A stretch of 64,000 bases of DNA from assembly GCF_028368995.1 (NCBI RefSeq), contig NZ_JAQNDL010000001.1, positions 96,001 through 160,000 on the forward strand, in the 5' to 3' direction. The position numbers and the translations under genes are program-made. This DNA is from Nannocystis bainbridge. GTDB lineage: Bacteria; Myxococcota_A; Polyangia; Nannocystales; Nannocystaceae. The number at the start of each line of letters is the position of its first letter. Positions within the stretch are counted from its first letter, which is position 1. The notes below the pieces were generated by a model that ran no database searches, had not been told where the DNA came from, and worked only from the letters and a program-made list of their open reading frames with translations. Shown one piece after another: positions 10,062 to 23,087 of this stretch.

Positions 10062-13000
10062 GTGCTCGCGGTGTCGTGCCTGGTCGGCGCCTGTCTGATC
10101 GCACTTGTCCCTCGGGACAGCCAGGCCCGCACCCGCAGCGCCGCGCTCGGCGTCGTCGCCCCGCCCGCGCCGCCGCTGCTGCCGAGCCTGCGCGCCGCCC
10201 CGGGCCTGCGCGCCAGCGACCTGGTCGCCGGCCTCGGCGCGCCGCTGCTGCTCGCACCGCCGCCGCGGACCACCCCGCGCCGCCTGCCGAGCGAGTCGAC
10301 CTCCGAAGCGCCGACGAGCGAGCCGCCGACTGAACCTGCTCCGGAGGACATGTCCGGAACGACAGGGTCTTCGGGACCTGCCCCGACGGGCAGCCCGCTG
10401 ACGCGGCCGGCGCCCAACCTGGCGCCGCCACCCGAGAGCGAAGAGGGCGACGAGACCGAGGCCGCCGCGCCGGCCCCTGCCCCGGCCGCCGTCGCCGAGG
10501 GTCAGCTGTTCGCGCCGATCGCCACCACCGAGCCGCAGGCCGAGCCCGAGCCGCAGGAGGAGACGCCGCGCCTCCTCAAGGGCAAGAGCGTCCCGCCGTT
10601 CTGGATCGATCGCACCTTCACGACCCACCGGACGCGCGCGCTGACGCTGCCGCCGCTGTTCTTCCACCGCAACGGCACCGCCAACCACCCGGAGAAGCTG
10701 TTCCACTTCAACCTGTCCCTCACGACAGGTTGGTACAGCGAGCGCACGGCGAAGCGCAGGTGGTTGTCGCCGGCGATCCTGTTCTTCGGCTCGTTCAGCG
10801 AGCGCACCACCGGCTGGGGCTCGGTCGCGCTGCTGATGGGCTACAAGCGGGTCGGCGAGCAGTACAGCTTCGGCCAGTTCCCGTTCGTCTGGCGGTGGGG
10901 CAACAAGTCGGTCAAGAACCTGGTCGTCGTCCCGTTCCACTACCACCAGAAGACGCCCGACAGCTTGCGCGGCTTCTCGGCGGTGCTGTTCTGGTACGGT
11001 CACAAGAACACCACCGACAAGGACCCGCTCAACGACCTGCGCTACTTCGTCGGCTTCCCGCTGTTCTACCGCGTGACCCGCGGGCCGAGCACCGTCAACG
11101 TCGGCGTGCCGCTGTACCTCGGCGGTCAGAACAAGGCCCGCGGGGTCCAGTGGCACACGGTGCTGCCGTTCGTGCACTGGCAGTCGAGCGAGTACGGCAA
11201 CCGCAAGGATCTGTGGACGCTGCTGTACGTGCAGCGCAGCGACAAGGCCCGCAGCCAGCGCTCGTGGGCCGTGCCGCCGCTGCTCACGTTCTCGCGCCAG
11301 ACCCCGACGCACAAGCTGTTCTCGGCCACCCCGCTGGTGTGGCGCGCCGAGAACCGCGACCGCGGCAGCGTCGCCTGGTCGGTGTTCCCGTGGGTCAGCT
11401 ACCGCGACCCCGAGCAGCGCAACCGGGTGCTGTTCCCGCTGTTCTGGCAGTTCGGCGACGTCAAGTCCGGCGTCACCAGCAGCGTGTTCGTGCCCCTCGT
11501 GTACGCGCGCAAGAGCCCGCAGGACACGCGGGTCTACACGCTGCTCGGCGGCGGCCGCTCGGGCAAGGACGGCCGCTGGGGCTTCGGCATCACCCCGCTC
11601 CTGACCTTCGTCCGCAACGAGCCGGGCGGCAAGAGCTTCCAGGTCGTCACGCCGCTGTTCGGCCACTCGCACGACCCGAGCGCCTACGGCGGCAAGGGCT
11701 CGCGCACGGTCTCGGCCGCGGTGCTCGGCTACTACAGCCGCCGCGGCGAGCGCTGGGACGCCGGCTTCGCCCCGCTGGCGTTCGTCGGCCGCGACGGCAC
11801 CCGCTCGTACCAGACCATCACCCCGCTGTTCTGGCACCGCCGCGACACCGACCCGCAGAACCCGAGCGACCTGTGGGTGCTCGGCCCGGCCTACGCCAAG
11901 AAGGTCAAGTCGGGCGGCCACGGCGGCCTCGCCCCGCTGGTGTTCGCCGGCCGCGACGACAAGTTCCGCTACGGCATCGTCCCGCCGCTGCTGTTCGGCC
12001 ACGTCCACGACGTCGAGGCCCAGCGCTCGCGCACGGTGTCGCTGGTGTTCGCGCGCGACAAGGGCCCCGACCACCGCACGCTCGGCGTCCTCAACCTGTT
12101 CTGGGACGTGAAGCGCCCGGGCGGCGAGCGCCACACCGCCCTGTTCCCGCTGTTCTACCGCCGCCACAGCGAGGGCAAGACGCTGACCCTCACCCCGCTG
12201 GGCGGCGCCTACAGCACGCCCGAGCAGCGCACCTGGTCCGCCGCCGCGATCCTCTACGGCTTCCGCGGGATCAAGGATCCGGACCGCCGCGGCTTCGGCC
12301 TCATCCCGCTGGTCTTCTACGACCGCCGCAAGGTCGACGGCGGGGTCGCCAGCAACGTCGTCGTCGCGCCGCTGTTCGCCCGCCACCGCGCGCCCAGCGA
12401 AGACCTCGACATGTGGTCGCCGCTGGTCTGGCGCACGGTCACCCGCGGCGAGAAGCCGCGCAAGAACCTCGCGGTCATCCCGTTCTACTTCCGTCAGCGC
12501 CAGCCCGACGGCATCGACGTCGACGCCGGCCTGATCCTCCCGTTCTTCTACAGCCGCGACAAGGTCCGGCGCACGCACACGCTGATCGCCGGCCCGGCGT
12601 TCCACCGCCTCACCCGCACCTCGCTGAACGCCGGCGTGGTGCCCGTCTACTGGTGGCACGACTCGGCGGAGAAGCGGCGCCTGATCTCGCTGCCGCTCAT
12701 TTTCCACCAGGCGGACAAGAACAAGCTCGAGCACACGACCATCGCCGTGCCGCTGTGGTTCGACCGCCGCCGCGCCAACGGTCGCCGCTCGTGGGTCGCC
12801 TTCCCGTTCGTCGTCGGCGTCAAGGGTCAGTTCAACTTCACCCGCTTCAGCCTGACGCCGCCGATCTTCTACGACATCTTCCGCCTCCACAAGAACTACC
12901 GCTTCACCGGCGTGGTCCCGTTCGCGTTCCGCTACCAGAAGTGTGGCTTCCGCGAGGAGGACGACGATCGTTGCCGCTACACGCTGTGGGGCTCGTGGCC

Positions 13001-13976
13001 GCTGTTCCTCTACGGTAAGGACGGCAAGGGCCGCACCAGCCACGGCGCGCTGATGCTCTACTACTTCGACAAGGACCCGGGCGGCCGCCGGTTCCTCACC
13101 CTGCTGGGCGGCGCCAACGTGCGCCCCGGCGAGCGCCTCACCTGGTACGCGCTCAACTTCGGCCACACCACCACGCGGAAGTTCAAGACCACCGTCTTCT
13201 TCCCGCTGTTCTTCCGCAAGGCCTACCGGACGCAGGACCGCAGCACCACCGTCGTGCTGCCGCCGCTGTTCGTCGGCGCCCACCGCGAAGACTACCGGTG
13301 GTTCCAGGCCGGCCTGATGGTGTGGAACTTCCGCCGGCCGCACAAGGTCACGACCGTGGTCGCGCCGCCGATCTTCTTCACCGCGCACAGCTACGCCGAG
13401 CGGCGCATGACGTGGCTGCTCCCGCTGTTCCTGCGCGACAACAACTGGGCCAAGGACAGCTCGTTCACCAGCGTCTTCCCGGCCCTGGTGTTCCAGCGCC
13501 GCCGCGGCCAGGACAACGACTGGGTCCAGTTCCCGCTGATCTGGCACATCGAGCGCGGCGAGAGCTCCGGCACCTTCGGCGCCTTCATGTGGTGGGACAT
13601 CCGCCGCAAGGGCCGCGTCACCCAGGTCGTCCCGGCCCTGTGGGCCCGCCAGCGCGGCCGCGGCCGCGACGTCCAGGTGCTCGGCCCCGGCCTCGGCTGG
13701 TGGTGGCGCACCGAGCAGAAGCTCAGCGACGCCGAGGGCCAGGACATCGGCGTCAAGAAGGGCCTCCACTGGCGCGCCCTGTTCGGCCTGGTCGGCGGCG
13801 GCAACGACGGCGCCCAGCGCTACTTCTCGCTGTTCGGCGGCCGGATCCCGCTGCGCCCCAAGGCCGTGTGGGAGCCCCGTCGCAAGCGCCTCAAGGCCCA
13901 GCAGCAGGTCGCCCCCAAGGCCCTGCCCGCCGCCGCGCCCGCCCCGGCCGCGACTCCGGTCGAGAAGAAGCCCTGA
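10062..13976 (+). CDS. large exported aromatic/basic 'PLF' repeat protein of unknown function (ORF track start 9918; GTG 10062 preferred)
   Basis: Strong GC3 codon bias; signal-peptide-like VLAVSCLVGACLIALVPRDSQA; Pro/Glu/Thr linker; then dozens of P(L/F)(F/L)(F/Y/W) units. Confidence 0.8.
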   Translation: MLAVSCLVGACLIALVPRDSQARTRSAALGVVAPPAPPLLPSLRAAPGLRASDLVAGLGAPLLLAPPPRTTPRRLPSESTSEAPTSEPPTEPAPEDMSGTTGSSGPAPTGSPLTRPAPNLAPPPESEEGDETEAAAPAPAPAAVAEGQLFAPIATTEPQAEPEPQEETPRLLKGKSVPPFWIDRTFTTHRTRALTLPPLFFHRNGTANHPEKLFHFNLSLTTGWYSERTAKRRWLSPAILFFGSFSERTTGWGSVALLMGYKRVGEQYSFGQFPFVWRWGNKSVKNLVVVPFHYHQKTPDSLRGFSAVLFWYGHKNTTDKDPLNDLRYFVGFPLFYRVTRGPSTVNVGVPLYLGGQNKARGVQWHTVLPFVHWQSSEYGNRKDLWTLLYVQRSDKARSQRSWAVPPLLTFSRQTPTHKLFSATPLVWRAENRDRGSVAWSVFPWVSYRDPEQRNRVLFPLFWQFGDVKSGVTSSVFVPLVYARKSPQDTRVYTLLGGGRSGKDGRWGFGITPLLTFVRNEPGGKSFQVVTPLFGHSHDPSAYGGKGSRTVSAAVLGYYSRRGERWDAGFAPLAFVGRDGTRSYQTITPLFWHRRDTDPQNPSDLWVLGPAYAKKVKSGGHGGLAPLVFAGRDDKFRYGIVPPLLFGHVHDVEAQRSRTVSLVFARDKGPDHRTLGVLNLFWDVKRPGGERHTALFPLFYRRHSEGKTLTLTPLGGAYSTPEQRTWSAAAILYGFRGIKDPDRRGFGLIPLVFYDRRKVDGGVASNVVVAPLFARHRAPSEDLDMWSPLVWRTVTRGEKPRKNLAVIPFYFRQRQPDGIDVDAGLILPFFYSRDKVRRTHTLIAGPAFHRLTRTSLNAGVVPVYWWHDSAEKRRLISLPLIFHQADKNKLEHTTIAVPLWFDRRRANGRRSWVAFPFVVGVKGQFNFTRFSLTPPIFYDIFRLHKNYRFTGVVPFAFRYQKCGFREEDDDRCRYTLWGSWPLFLYGKDGKGRTSHGALMLYYFDKDPGGRRFLTLLGGANVRPGERLTWYALNFGHTTTRKFKTTVFFPLFFRKAYRTQDRSTTVVLPPLFVGAHREDYRWFQAGLMVWNFRRPHKVTTVVAPPIFFTAHSYAERRMTWLLPLFLRDNNWAKDSSFTSVFPALVFQRRRGQDNDWVQFPLIWHIERGESSGTFGAFMWWDIRRKGRVTQVVPALWARQRGRGRDVQVLGPGLGWWWRTEQKLSDAEGQDIGVKKGLHWRALFGLVGGGNDGAQRYFSLFGGRIPLRPKAVWEPRRKRLKAQQQVAPKALPAAAPAPAATPVEKKP
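10087..10124. repeat. 14-bp-period decamer array in a signal-peptide coding region
   Basis: Cores at 10090 (CCTG), 10104 (CTTG), 10118 (CAGC). Confidence 0.5.
10332..10397. repeat. 14-bp-period decamer array in a linker coding region
   Basis: Cores at 10335, 10349 (GGACATGTCC), 10363, 10377, 10391. Confidence 0.75.
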
Positions 13977-13993
13977 GCCCCGGCTGACCTCGC

Positions 13994-14059
13994 GGGCATG
14001 TCCGCTCGGACATGCCCGTTCGGGCCTGTCCTTCAGCGCATGTCCTCGGGGACATGCTT
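13994..14059. repeat. 14-bp-period palindromic decamer array (5 units), intergenic
   Basis: GGGCATGTCC, GGACATGCCC, GGGCCTGTCC, GCGCATGTCC, GGACATGCTT; cores at 13997, 14011, 14025, 14039, 14053. Confidence 0.9.
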
Positions 14060-14313
14060 GTCCGCGCGAACGAGCGGATGGGGCGCGGGCCGTCCGGGCT
14101 GACTCGCCGTGGCGCGCGCCCTGCGTGGCAGCCGGCACCAGGCGCGTCCTGTGTGGCAGCCGGCACCGGGCCCGCCACGAGCGCTCGCTGCGAGCGCCAC
14201 CATCTCCCCACGTGCCGCTCCGAGCGCTCGCCGCTCCGCATCGCGCCCTGCCCTGCCCGCCTCTCCCCCGCGGAGCGCTCGCTCCCCGGCGAGGTGACCG
14301 CGAGAGCGGCCGC

Positions 14314-14355
14314 TTAAAAGCCCGAGGGCCCCGGAGCGACGCTCCGGAGCCCTCG
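14314..14355 (-). terminator. intrinsic terminator after lipoprotein paralogue 1
   Basis: Hairpin CGAGGGC-CCGGAGC/GCTCCGG-GCCCTCG followed by TTTT on the minus strand. Confidence 0.65.
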
Positions 14356-14378
14356 ACGTGCGCGCCGCGAGGCGCGGC

Positions 14379-16139
<1,761 letters not shown>

Positions 16140-16274
16140 GTTCCTGGGGTTCTAAGGTCGTGGCCGTCCGCACGCGCGCCTGGCCGATCGAACGCCAGCG
16201 TTTCCCATCCGCTCCCGCCTTTCAAGGGCGTAAGCCCGCAAGCGGCGACGTCTCCCTGACGACACATCTCACGG

Positions 16275-16319
16275 TTAAACGGCGACGCGGGCCGCCCCCG
16301 ATGGTGCGGCCCGCGTCGC
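16275..16319 (-). terminator. intrinsic terminator after paralogue 2
   Basis: 14-bp stem GCGACGCGGGCCGC/GCGGCCCGCGTCGC, short T run on the minus strand. Confidence 0.6.
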
Positions 16320-16331
16320 ACGCCACATGGC

Positions 16332-18083
16332 TCACATCGGCTGGACGCCGCAGTCGTCGACCTCGCTCGGGATGCAGCCTTCGCAGTCCCAGCGGAAGTT
16401 GTCGATGAGCGTCGCGGTCGACAGGTACTGATCGGACATGTCGGCCAGGAAGAAGCCGACCGTGATCTCCGCGCCCGGCTGCACGCCGCCCTTGGCCGTG
16501 AACCAGTCGGAGCACGCGTGCGACTCGAAGCCGGTGCCCGCGAGCTGCGGCTCGTTGTACGTGTAGCCCGGGCCGTCGAAGTACGGGTCGAGCGCGGTGA
16601 TGCTGATCGGCAGGCCCTTGGTCGGGTCGTTCGGATCGGGGATGAAGGTGACGTTGCCGCTGTACGGATCGACCGGCGGGACCTGGTTCGGGTTGTCCGG
16701 CGTCGGGTCGACCTGGTAGGCGATCAGCAGGTCGTTGAACGAGCTGTTGACGTAGGTCGGCCACTCGGCCGAGCAGAACGCGAACTCGAAGGTGTAGCCG
16801 AAGGTCCCCGGCGGCACGACCGTCTTGAAGCTGAAGTAGATGCGGTCGTTGCCGTCGCCGCTGGTCATCTCCCACTGCGCCTGGATGGTGTCCGAGCAGT
16901 CGTTGTCGCCGGCGCCGTTGTCACAACCCATGAAGGGCGTGCCGCCGGCGCCGTTGTTGCTGCCGTCCTTGGCCTTGAAGGGCATCGGCAGCGGGCCGCC
17001 GTCAGGGTTGCCGTTGTTGGTGGTGCCCTGGTTGTTCGGCGCCTCGATGACGATGCCGTCGGCGTTCGGCGCGACGATGTCACCGTTGGAGATGATCAGG
17101 AACGCGTCGCCCTCGCGCGGGCTGTACAGCCGCTGGTTCGGCGTGGCCGGATCGTTGTCGTGGTCGAACATGTAGGTGCCGTAGCCCTTGGCCACCTGCC
17201 AGCTCTTGTTGACCGGGCTCGAGTGCTGGAAGTCGGTGGTGACGATCGAGTTGTTGGGCATCGCGTTGCAGATGCCGATCGCCTTGAGCATGTTCGTCTT
17301 GTCGTTCTTGTCGGTGACGACCGCGGGCGCGTTGTCGCAGACGACGTAGTCCGCGGGCGCCTGGCAGTTGGCCGGGAAGAACGGGGTGCAGTTGTTGAGG
17401 CAGAAGTCGCCGGGGCCGCCGTTGACCTCGTTGCCGTCGTCGCACTGCTCGCCCCGCTCCTTGATGCCGTTGCCGCACTCCGCCAGCGAGAACGTGCAGT
17501 CGGGCTCGCAGCCGTCGCCGGGCTCCTGGTTGCCGTCGTCGCACTGCTCCGGATCCTCGACGGTCCCGTTGCCGCACTCCTGCGTCGGCGTCGCCGTGAG
17601 GCAGTCCGCGCTGCACTCGTCCCCGTCCTCGGTGTTGCCGTCGTCGCACACCTCGCCGCCCTCGACGATGTTGTTGCCGCACACCGGCGTGTTGGTGCAG
17701 GTCGGCTCGCAGCCGTCACCGGCGACGTCGTTGCCGTCGTCGCACTCCTCGTTGCCCTCCTGCACGCCGTTGCCGCACTCCGGCGCGGCCTCGGTCACGC
17801 CCTCCGTCGTGGTCGACGTCGAGGTCGTCGAGGTCGCGTCGGTGGTGCCCTGGGTGTCGCTGTCGCTCACGCCGGTGGTCGGCGTGGTCGTCGTCGGCGT
17901 GCTGTCGCTCTCCGAGTTGCCGGTGGTCCCGGGCGTCGCGTTCGTGTCGTCCGTGGTCGCGTCGGTGCCCTGGGTCTGGCCCTCCGAGGCGCCCGTGACG
18001 TTGTTGCCGTCGTCGCCGCACGCAGCGAGCGCCGAAGCGATGAAACCAGTCGTAAGGAGTCGAATGATCGGTCGAGTCGTCAT
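16332..18083 (-). CDS. Cys-rich repeat lipoprotein with choice-of-anchor L-like domain, paralogue 2
   Basis: Same architecture; near-identical to paralogue 1 in the middle and C-terminus and to paralogue 3 at the N-terminus. Confidence 0.85.
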   Translation of the reverse strand: MTTRPIIRLLTTGFIASALAACGDDGNNVTGASEGQTQGTDATTDDTNATPGTTGNSESDSTPTTTTPTTGVSDSDTQGTTDATSTTSTSTTTEGVTEAAPECGNGVQEGNEECDDGNDVAGDGCEPTCTNTPVCGNNIVEGGEVCDDGNTEDGDECSADCLTATPTQECGNGTVEDPEQCDDGNQEPGDGCEPDCTFSLAECGNGIKERGEQCDDGNEVNGGPGDFCLNNCTPFFPANCQAPADYVVCDNAPAVVTDKNDKTNMLKAIGICNAMPNNSIVTTDFQHSSPVNKSWQVAKGYGTYMFDHDNDPATPNQRLYSPREGDAFLIISNGDIVAPNADGIVIEAPNNQGTTNNGNPDGGPLPMPFKAKDGSNNGAGGTPFMGCDNGAGDNDCSDTIQAQWEMTSGDGNDRIYFSFKTVVPPGTFGYTFEFAFCSAEWPTYVNSSFNDLLIAYQVDPTPDNPNQVPPVDPYSGNVTFIPDPNDPTKGLPISITALDPYFDGPGYTYNEPQLAGTGFESHACSDWFTAKGGVQPGAEITVGFFLADMSDQYLSTATLIDNFRWDCEGCIPSEVDDCGVQPM

Positions 18084-18171
18084 GGTCGTGTCCTACTCGC
18101 AAAGAGTACGGCCGTCCTCGAGTGCGGGACGGCGCCGCCACGATTTCCCATCTTTCGCGGCTTATCAAGCC
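18084..18171 (-). promoter_or_regulatory. conserved upstream region of paralogue 2 (TTGATA...GATGGGAAATCGTGGCG)
   Basis: Near-identical to 20164-20251; similarity ends just beyond TTGATA. Confidence 0.6.
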
Positions 18172-18328
18172 GTCCCCAGCGCCGACCCGCTCGAGGCCCG
18201 ATCCTGCGCCAAGCTGGCGAAGACGCGCCCTGACAGGGCGCACGCCCGCTCCAACCATGGGTGATGATTGGACGTCGCGATTGTTCGACTCGCCTCGACA
18301 TCACACGGACGAAGGTCCGCAGCGGACA

Positions 18329-18360
18329 CAACAAAGGCGCGCACGTCGCCGTGCGCGCCC
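18329..18360 (-). terminator. intrinsic terminator after paralogue 3
   Basis: Stem GGCGCGCACG/CGTGCGCGCC with TTTGTTGT tail on the minus strand. Confidence 0.7.
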
Positions 18361-18384
18361 TTCGAGCTCAAGCCTGCGAGGCGA

Positions 18385-20163
<1,779 letters not shown>

Positions 20164-20251
20164 GGTCGTGTCCTACTCGCAGAGAGTACGGCCGTCCTCG
20201 AATGCGTGACGGTGCCGCCACGATTTCCCATCTTTCACGGCTTATCAAGCC
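20164..20251 (-). promoter_or_regulatory. conserved upstream region of paralogue 3
   Basis: Near-identical to 18084-18171. Confidence 0.6.
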
Positions 20252-20413
20252 CGGGCACCTGCCGACTGGTCCGCATCGGCAGCGAGCGACCCGCGGCCGC
20301 AAAACCGGCATGGACCAGCGTTCCGGGGCTCAAATCCGGCGAAGACGCATCATGACGGAGACGCAAGCTCGGCGGCCGTCGGTCCGCTCCGCCCGCGAAT
20401 GTCACAGTCGCGC

Positions 20414-20448
20414 AAAACAAAGAGGCGCGCCCGTCGCCGGGCGCGCCT
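20414..20448 (-). terminator. intrinsic terminator after paralogue 4
   Basis: Stem AGGCGCGCCCG/CGGGCGCGCCT with CTTTGTTTT tail on the minus strand. Confidence 0.75.
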
Positions 20449-20472
20449 GTCGATCTCACGCCTGGACAGCGA

Positions 20473-22248
20473 TCACATCGGCTGGACGCCGCAGTCGTCG
20501 ACCTCGCTCGGGACGCACCCCTCGCAGTCCCAGCGGAAGTTGTCGAGCAGCGCGACGGTGGCGAGGATGTTGTCCTGCATGTCGGCCAGGTAGAAGCCGA
20601 TGGTGACCTGCGCCCCCGGCTGCACGCCGCCCTTGGCGGTGAACCAGTCGGAGCAGGCGTGCTGCTCGAAGCCGGTGCCCGCGAGCTGCGGCTCGTTGTA
20701 GGTGTAACCCGGGTTGTCGAAGTACGGGTCGAGCGCCGTGATCGTCAGCGGCAGGCCCTTGGTCGGGTCGTTCGGGTTGGGGATGAAGGTGATGTTGCCG
20801 CTGTACGGATCGACCGGCGGGACCGCGTTCGGGTTGTCCGGGGTCGGATCGACCTGGTACGCGATCAACATGTCGTTGAACGAGGTGCCGACGTAGGACG
20901 GCCACTCGGACGAGCAGAACACGAAGTCGAAGGAGTAACCGAAGGTCCCCTGCGGCACCGTGGTCTTGAAGGTGAAGTAGATGCGGTCGTTCGGGTTGCT
21001 CTGACCGAGGGTCCACTGCGCCTGCAGGGTGTCGGAGCAGTCCTTGTCGCCGTTCGGGACGCCGTTGTCGCAGGTCTTGAACGGCGTGCCGCCGGCGCCG
21101 TTGTTGCTGCCGAAACCGACCTTGAAGGGCGCCGGCAGGGCGTTGTCGTCGGAGTTGAAGTTGTCGCCGTTGCCGACCTGCGAGTTGACGCCGTGGGTGA
21201 CGACGCCGCTGCCGTTGGGCGCGTTGATGGTGCCGCTCGACAGCATGAGGAAGGTGCTGCCCTCGCGCGGGCTGTAGAGCAGCTTGTTGGGCGTGGCCGG
21301 ATCGTTGTCGTGGTCGTAGGTGTACGAGCCGAAGCCCTTGGCGACCTGCCAGGTGTTGTTCTGGGCCGCCGGGTCGAACACGAAGTCGGTGGTCTGGATC
21401 GAGTTGTTCGCCTGCGCGTTGCAGATGCCGATCGACTTGAGCGCGTTGGTCTTGTCGGCCTTGTCGGTCAGGTTGATGGCGTCGTCGCAGTTGACGTAGT
21501 CGGCCGGGGCCTGGCACTGCGGCGGCGAGTACGGGGTGCAGTCGTTCTTGCAGAAGTCGTTCGGGCCGCCGTCGACCTCGTTACCGTCGTCGCACTGCTC
21601 GCCGGTCTCCTTGACGCCGTTGCCGCACTCGGCGGGCGTGAAGGTGCAGTCCGGCTCGCAGCCGTCGGCCGGCGCCTGGTTGCCGTCGTCGCACTGCTCC
21701 GGGTCCTCGACGGCCCCGTTGCCGCACACCTGCTCCATGGTCGCGGTCTGGCAGTCGGCGCTGCACTCGTCGCCGTCCTCGAGGTTGCCGTCGTCGCAGG
21801 CCTCGCCCGCCTCGACGGTCCCGTTGCCGCACTCCGCCGACAAAACGCAGCCCGGCTCACAGCCGTCGCCCGGCTCCTGGTTGCCGTCGTCGCACTCCTC
21901 GGTGCCCTCCTGCACGCCGTTGCCGCACTCCGCCTGCGGCTCGGTCACGCCCTCGGTCGCGTCGGTCGCGGCGGTCGTGGTGCCGGTCTCACCCTCGGTG
22001 GTCTCACCGTCGGTCGTGGCCTGCGTGTCGCTCATCCCCATGCCGGTGGTCGGCGTGGTGGGCGACTGCGTCTCCGACTCCGACTGGCCGCCAGGACCGG
22101 CGGTGGTCTGGCCGTCGGTCTCGGAGGCCGAAGCCTCGGAGCCGTTGCCCGTGGCGCCGGTGACGTTGTTGCCGTCGTCGCCGCACGCGGCGAGCGTGGC
22201 AGCACAGAAGCCTGCAGTGAGGAGGCGAAGGATGGGACGAGTCTTCAT
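20473..22248 (-). CDS. Cys-rich repeat lipoprotein with choice-of-anchor L-like domain, paralogue 4 (most divergent)
   Basis: Start MKTRPILRLL (ATG 22248) by alignment with the other paralogues; LAAC lipobox; shared C-terminus DNFRWDCEGCVPSEVDDCGVQPM. Confidence 0.85.
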   Translation of the reverse strand: MKTRPILRLLTAGFCAATLAACGDDGNNVTGATGNGSEASASETDGQTTAGPGGQSESETQSPTTPTTGMGMSDTQATTDGETTEGETGTTTAATDATEGVTEPQAECGNGVQEGTEECDDGNQEPGDGCEPGCVLSAECGNGTVEAGEACDDGNLEDGDECSADCQTATMEQVCGNGAVEDPEQCDDGNQAPADGCEPDCTFTPAECGNGVKETGEQCDDGNEVDGGPNDFCKNDCTPYSPPQCQAPADYVNCDDAINLTDKADKTNALKSIGICNAQANNSIQTTDFVFDPAAQNNTWQVAKGFGSYTYDHDNDPATPNKLLYSPREGSTFLMLSSGTINAPNGSGVVTHGVNSQVGNGDNFNSDDNALPAPFKVGFGSNNGAGGTPFKTCDNGVPNGDKDCSDTLQAQWTLGQSNPNDRIYFTFKTTVPQGTFGYSFDFVFCSSEWPSYVGTSFNDMLIAYQVDPTPDNPNAVPPVDPYSGNITFIPNPNDPTKGLPLTITALDPYFDNPGYTYNEPQLAGTGFEQHACSDWFTAKGGVQPGAQVTIGFYLADMQDNILATVALLDNFRWDCEGCVPSEVDDCGVQPM

Positions 22249-22541
22249 GTCAGTAAATCCTGATGGGGTGCGCCCGTGAGCGCGGACTTGCGTGTCGCAG
22301 CGGCGTCCGCGCGACACGAGCTGAATCAACCGCGCCACGATTTCGGACTTCGCCGATCCGATCAAGCGTCGGCCGACGAGGTGTTCGCAGACTGAGCCGT
22401 AGACGACCTGCGGCTAATTCGCGGCTTTACGGGCGCCTCCGGCGCGGCGCCGTCCGTTTGCTCGACGACGACTGTGATTTACGGATCGCGGCTTCCTCAC
22501 GCGCCGCCACCGCCTGCGTGCATGCCCACGGCTGAACTTTG

Positions 22542-22579
22542 CGCCCTGTACTTCAAGACCTGTCCTAAGGGACCTGTCC
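22542..22579. repeat. 14-bp-period decamer array at the 3' end of the ComEA-like gene
   Basis: CCTG cores at 22545, 22559, 22573 (AGACCTGTCC, GGACCTGTCC). Confidence 0.7.
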
Positions 22580-23077
22580 TGAAGGCTCGACGCGAGCTCG
22601 CGGGCGCACGGCGGTCAGCCGCGCCGGCCCGATCCCACGCACGCGCTGCAGTTCGTCGACGGTCGCGTACGGTCTTCCTTCGACGATCCGGCGCGCGAGC
22701 TCGGGGCCGATACCAGGCAAACTCTCGAGCTCGCTGGCAGCGGCGCGATTGAGATCGACGGGGATCGACAGCGCCTCGAGATCGTCGCCTCGCATGCGGC
22801 CCCAGCCGTCGCCGCCGGACTGCGGCGAGGCGACGGCGCACAGCGACGCGGTGGTCACGGCGTCACCGTGGGCCAGCGCGGCGGCAGGCGAGCCCGCGCC
22901 GCACAGCGCCGCGAGGTCGCGCGGCGCCTCGTCGTCGCAGCGCAGCGCTCCGTCGACCTCGACCGCGAAATCGCAGGCCGTGACCACGAGCAGCTCCGGC
23001 GCGGCCGGCCGCAACCACGCCGCCAGCACCACGACGAGCGCGGCGAGCAACGCGACTGTCGCCCCGACGCGGACCAC
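22565..23077 (-). CDS. ComEA-like helix-hairpin-helix DNA-binding protein with N-terminal membrane anchor
   Basis: VDLNRAAASELESLPGIGPELARRIV...YATVDELQRVRGIG. Confidence 0.85.
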   Translation of the reverse strand: MVRVGATVALLAALVVVLAAWLRPAAPELLVVTACDFAVEVDGALRCDDEAPRDLAALCGAGSPAAALAHGDAVTTASLCAVASPQSGGDGWGRMRGDDLEALSIPVDLNRAAASELESLPGIGPELARRIVEGRPYATVDELQRVRGIGPARLTAVRPRARVEPSGQVP

Positions 23078-23087
23078 CCCGACGACC

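Noticed and set aside
8817-14138. 1773-aa minus-strand ORF
   Set aside because: Antisense shadow of the plus-strand repeat gene that happens to run in frame into yceD; only 8817-9815 looks coding.
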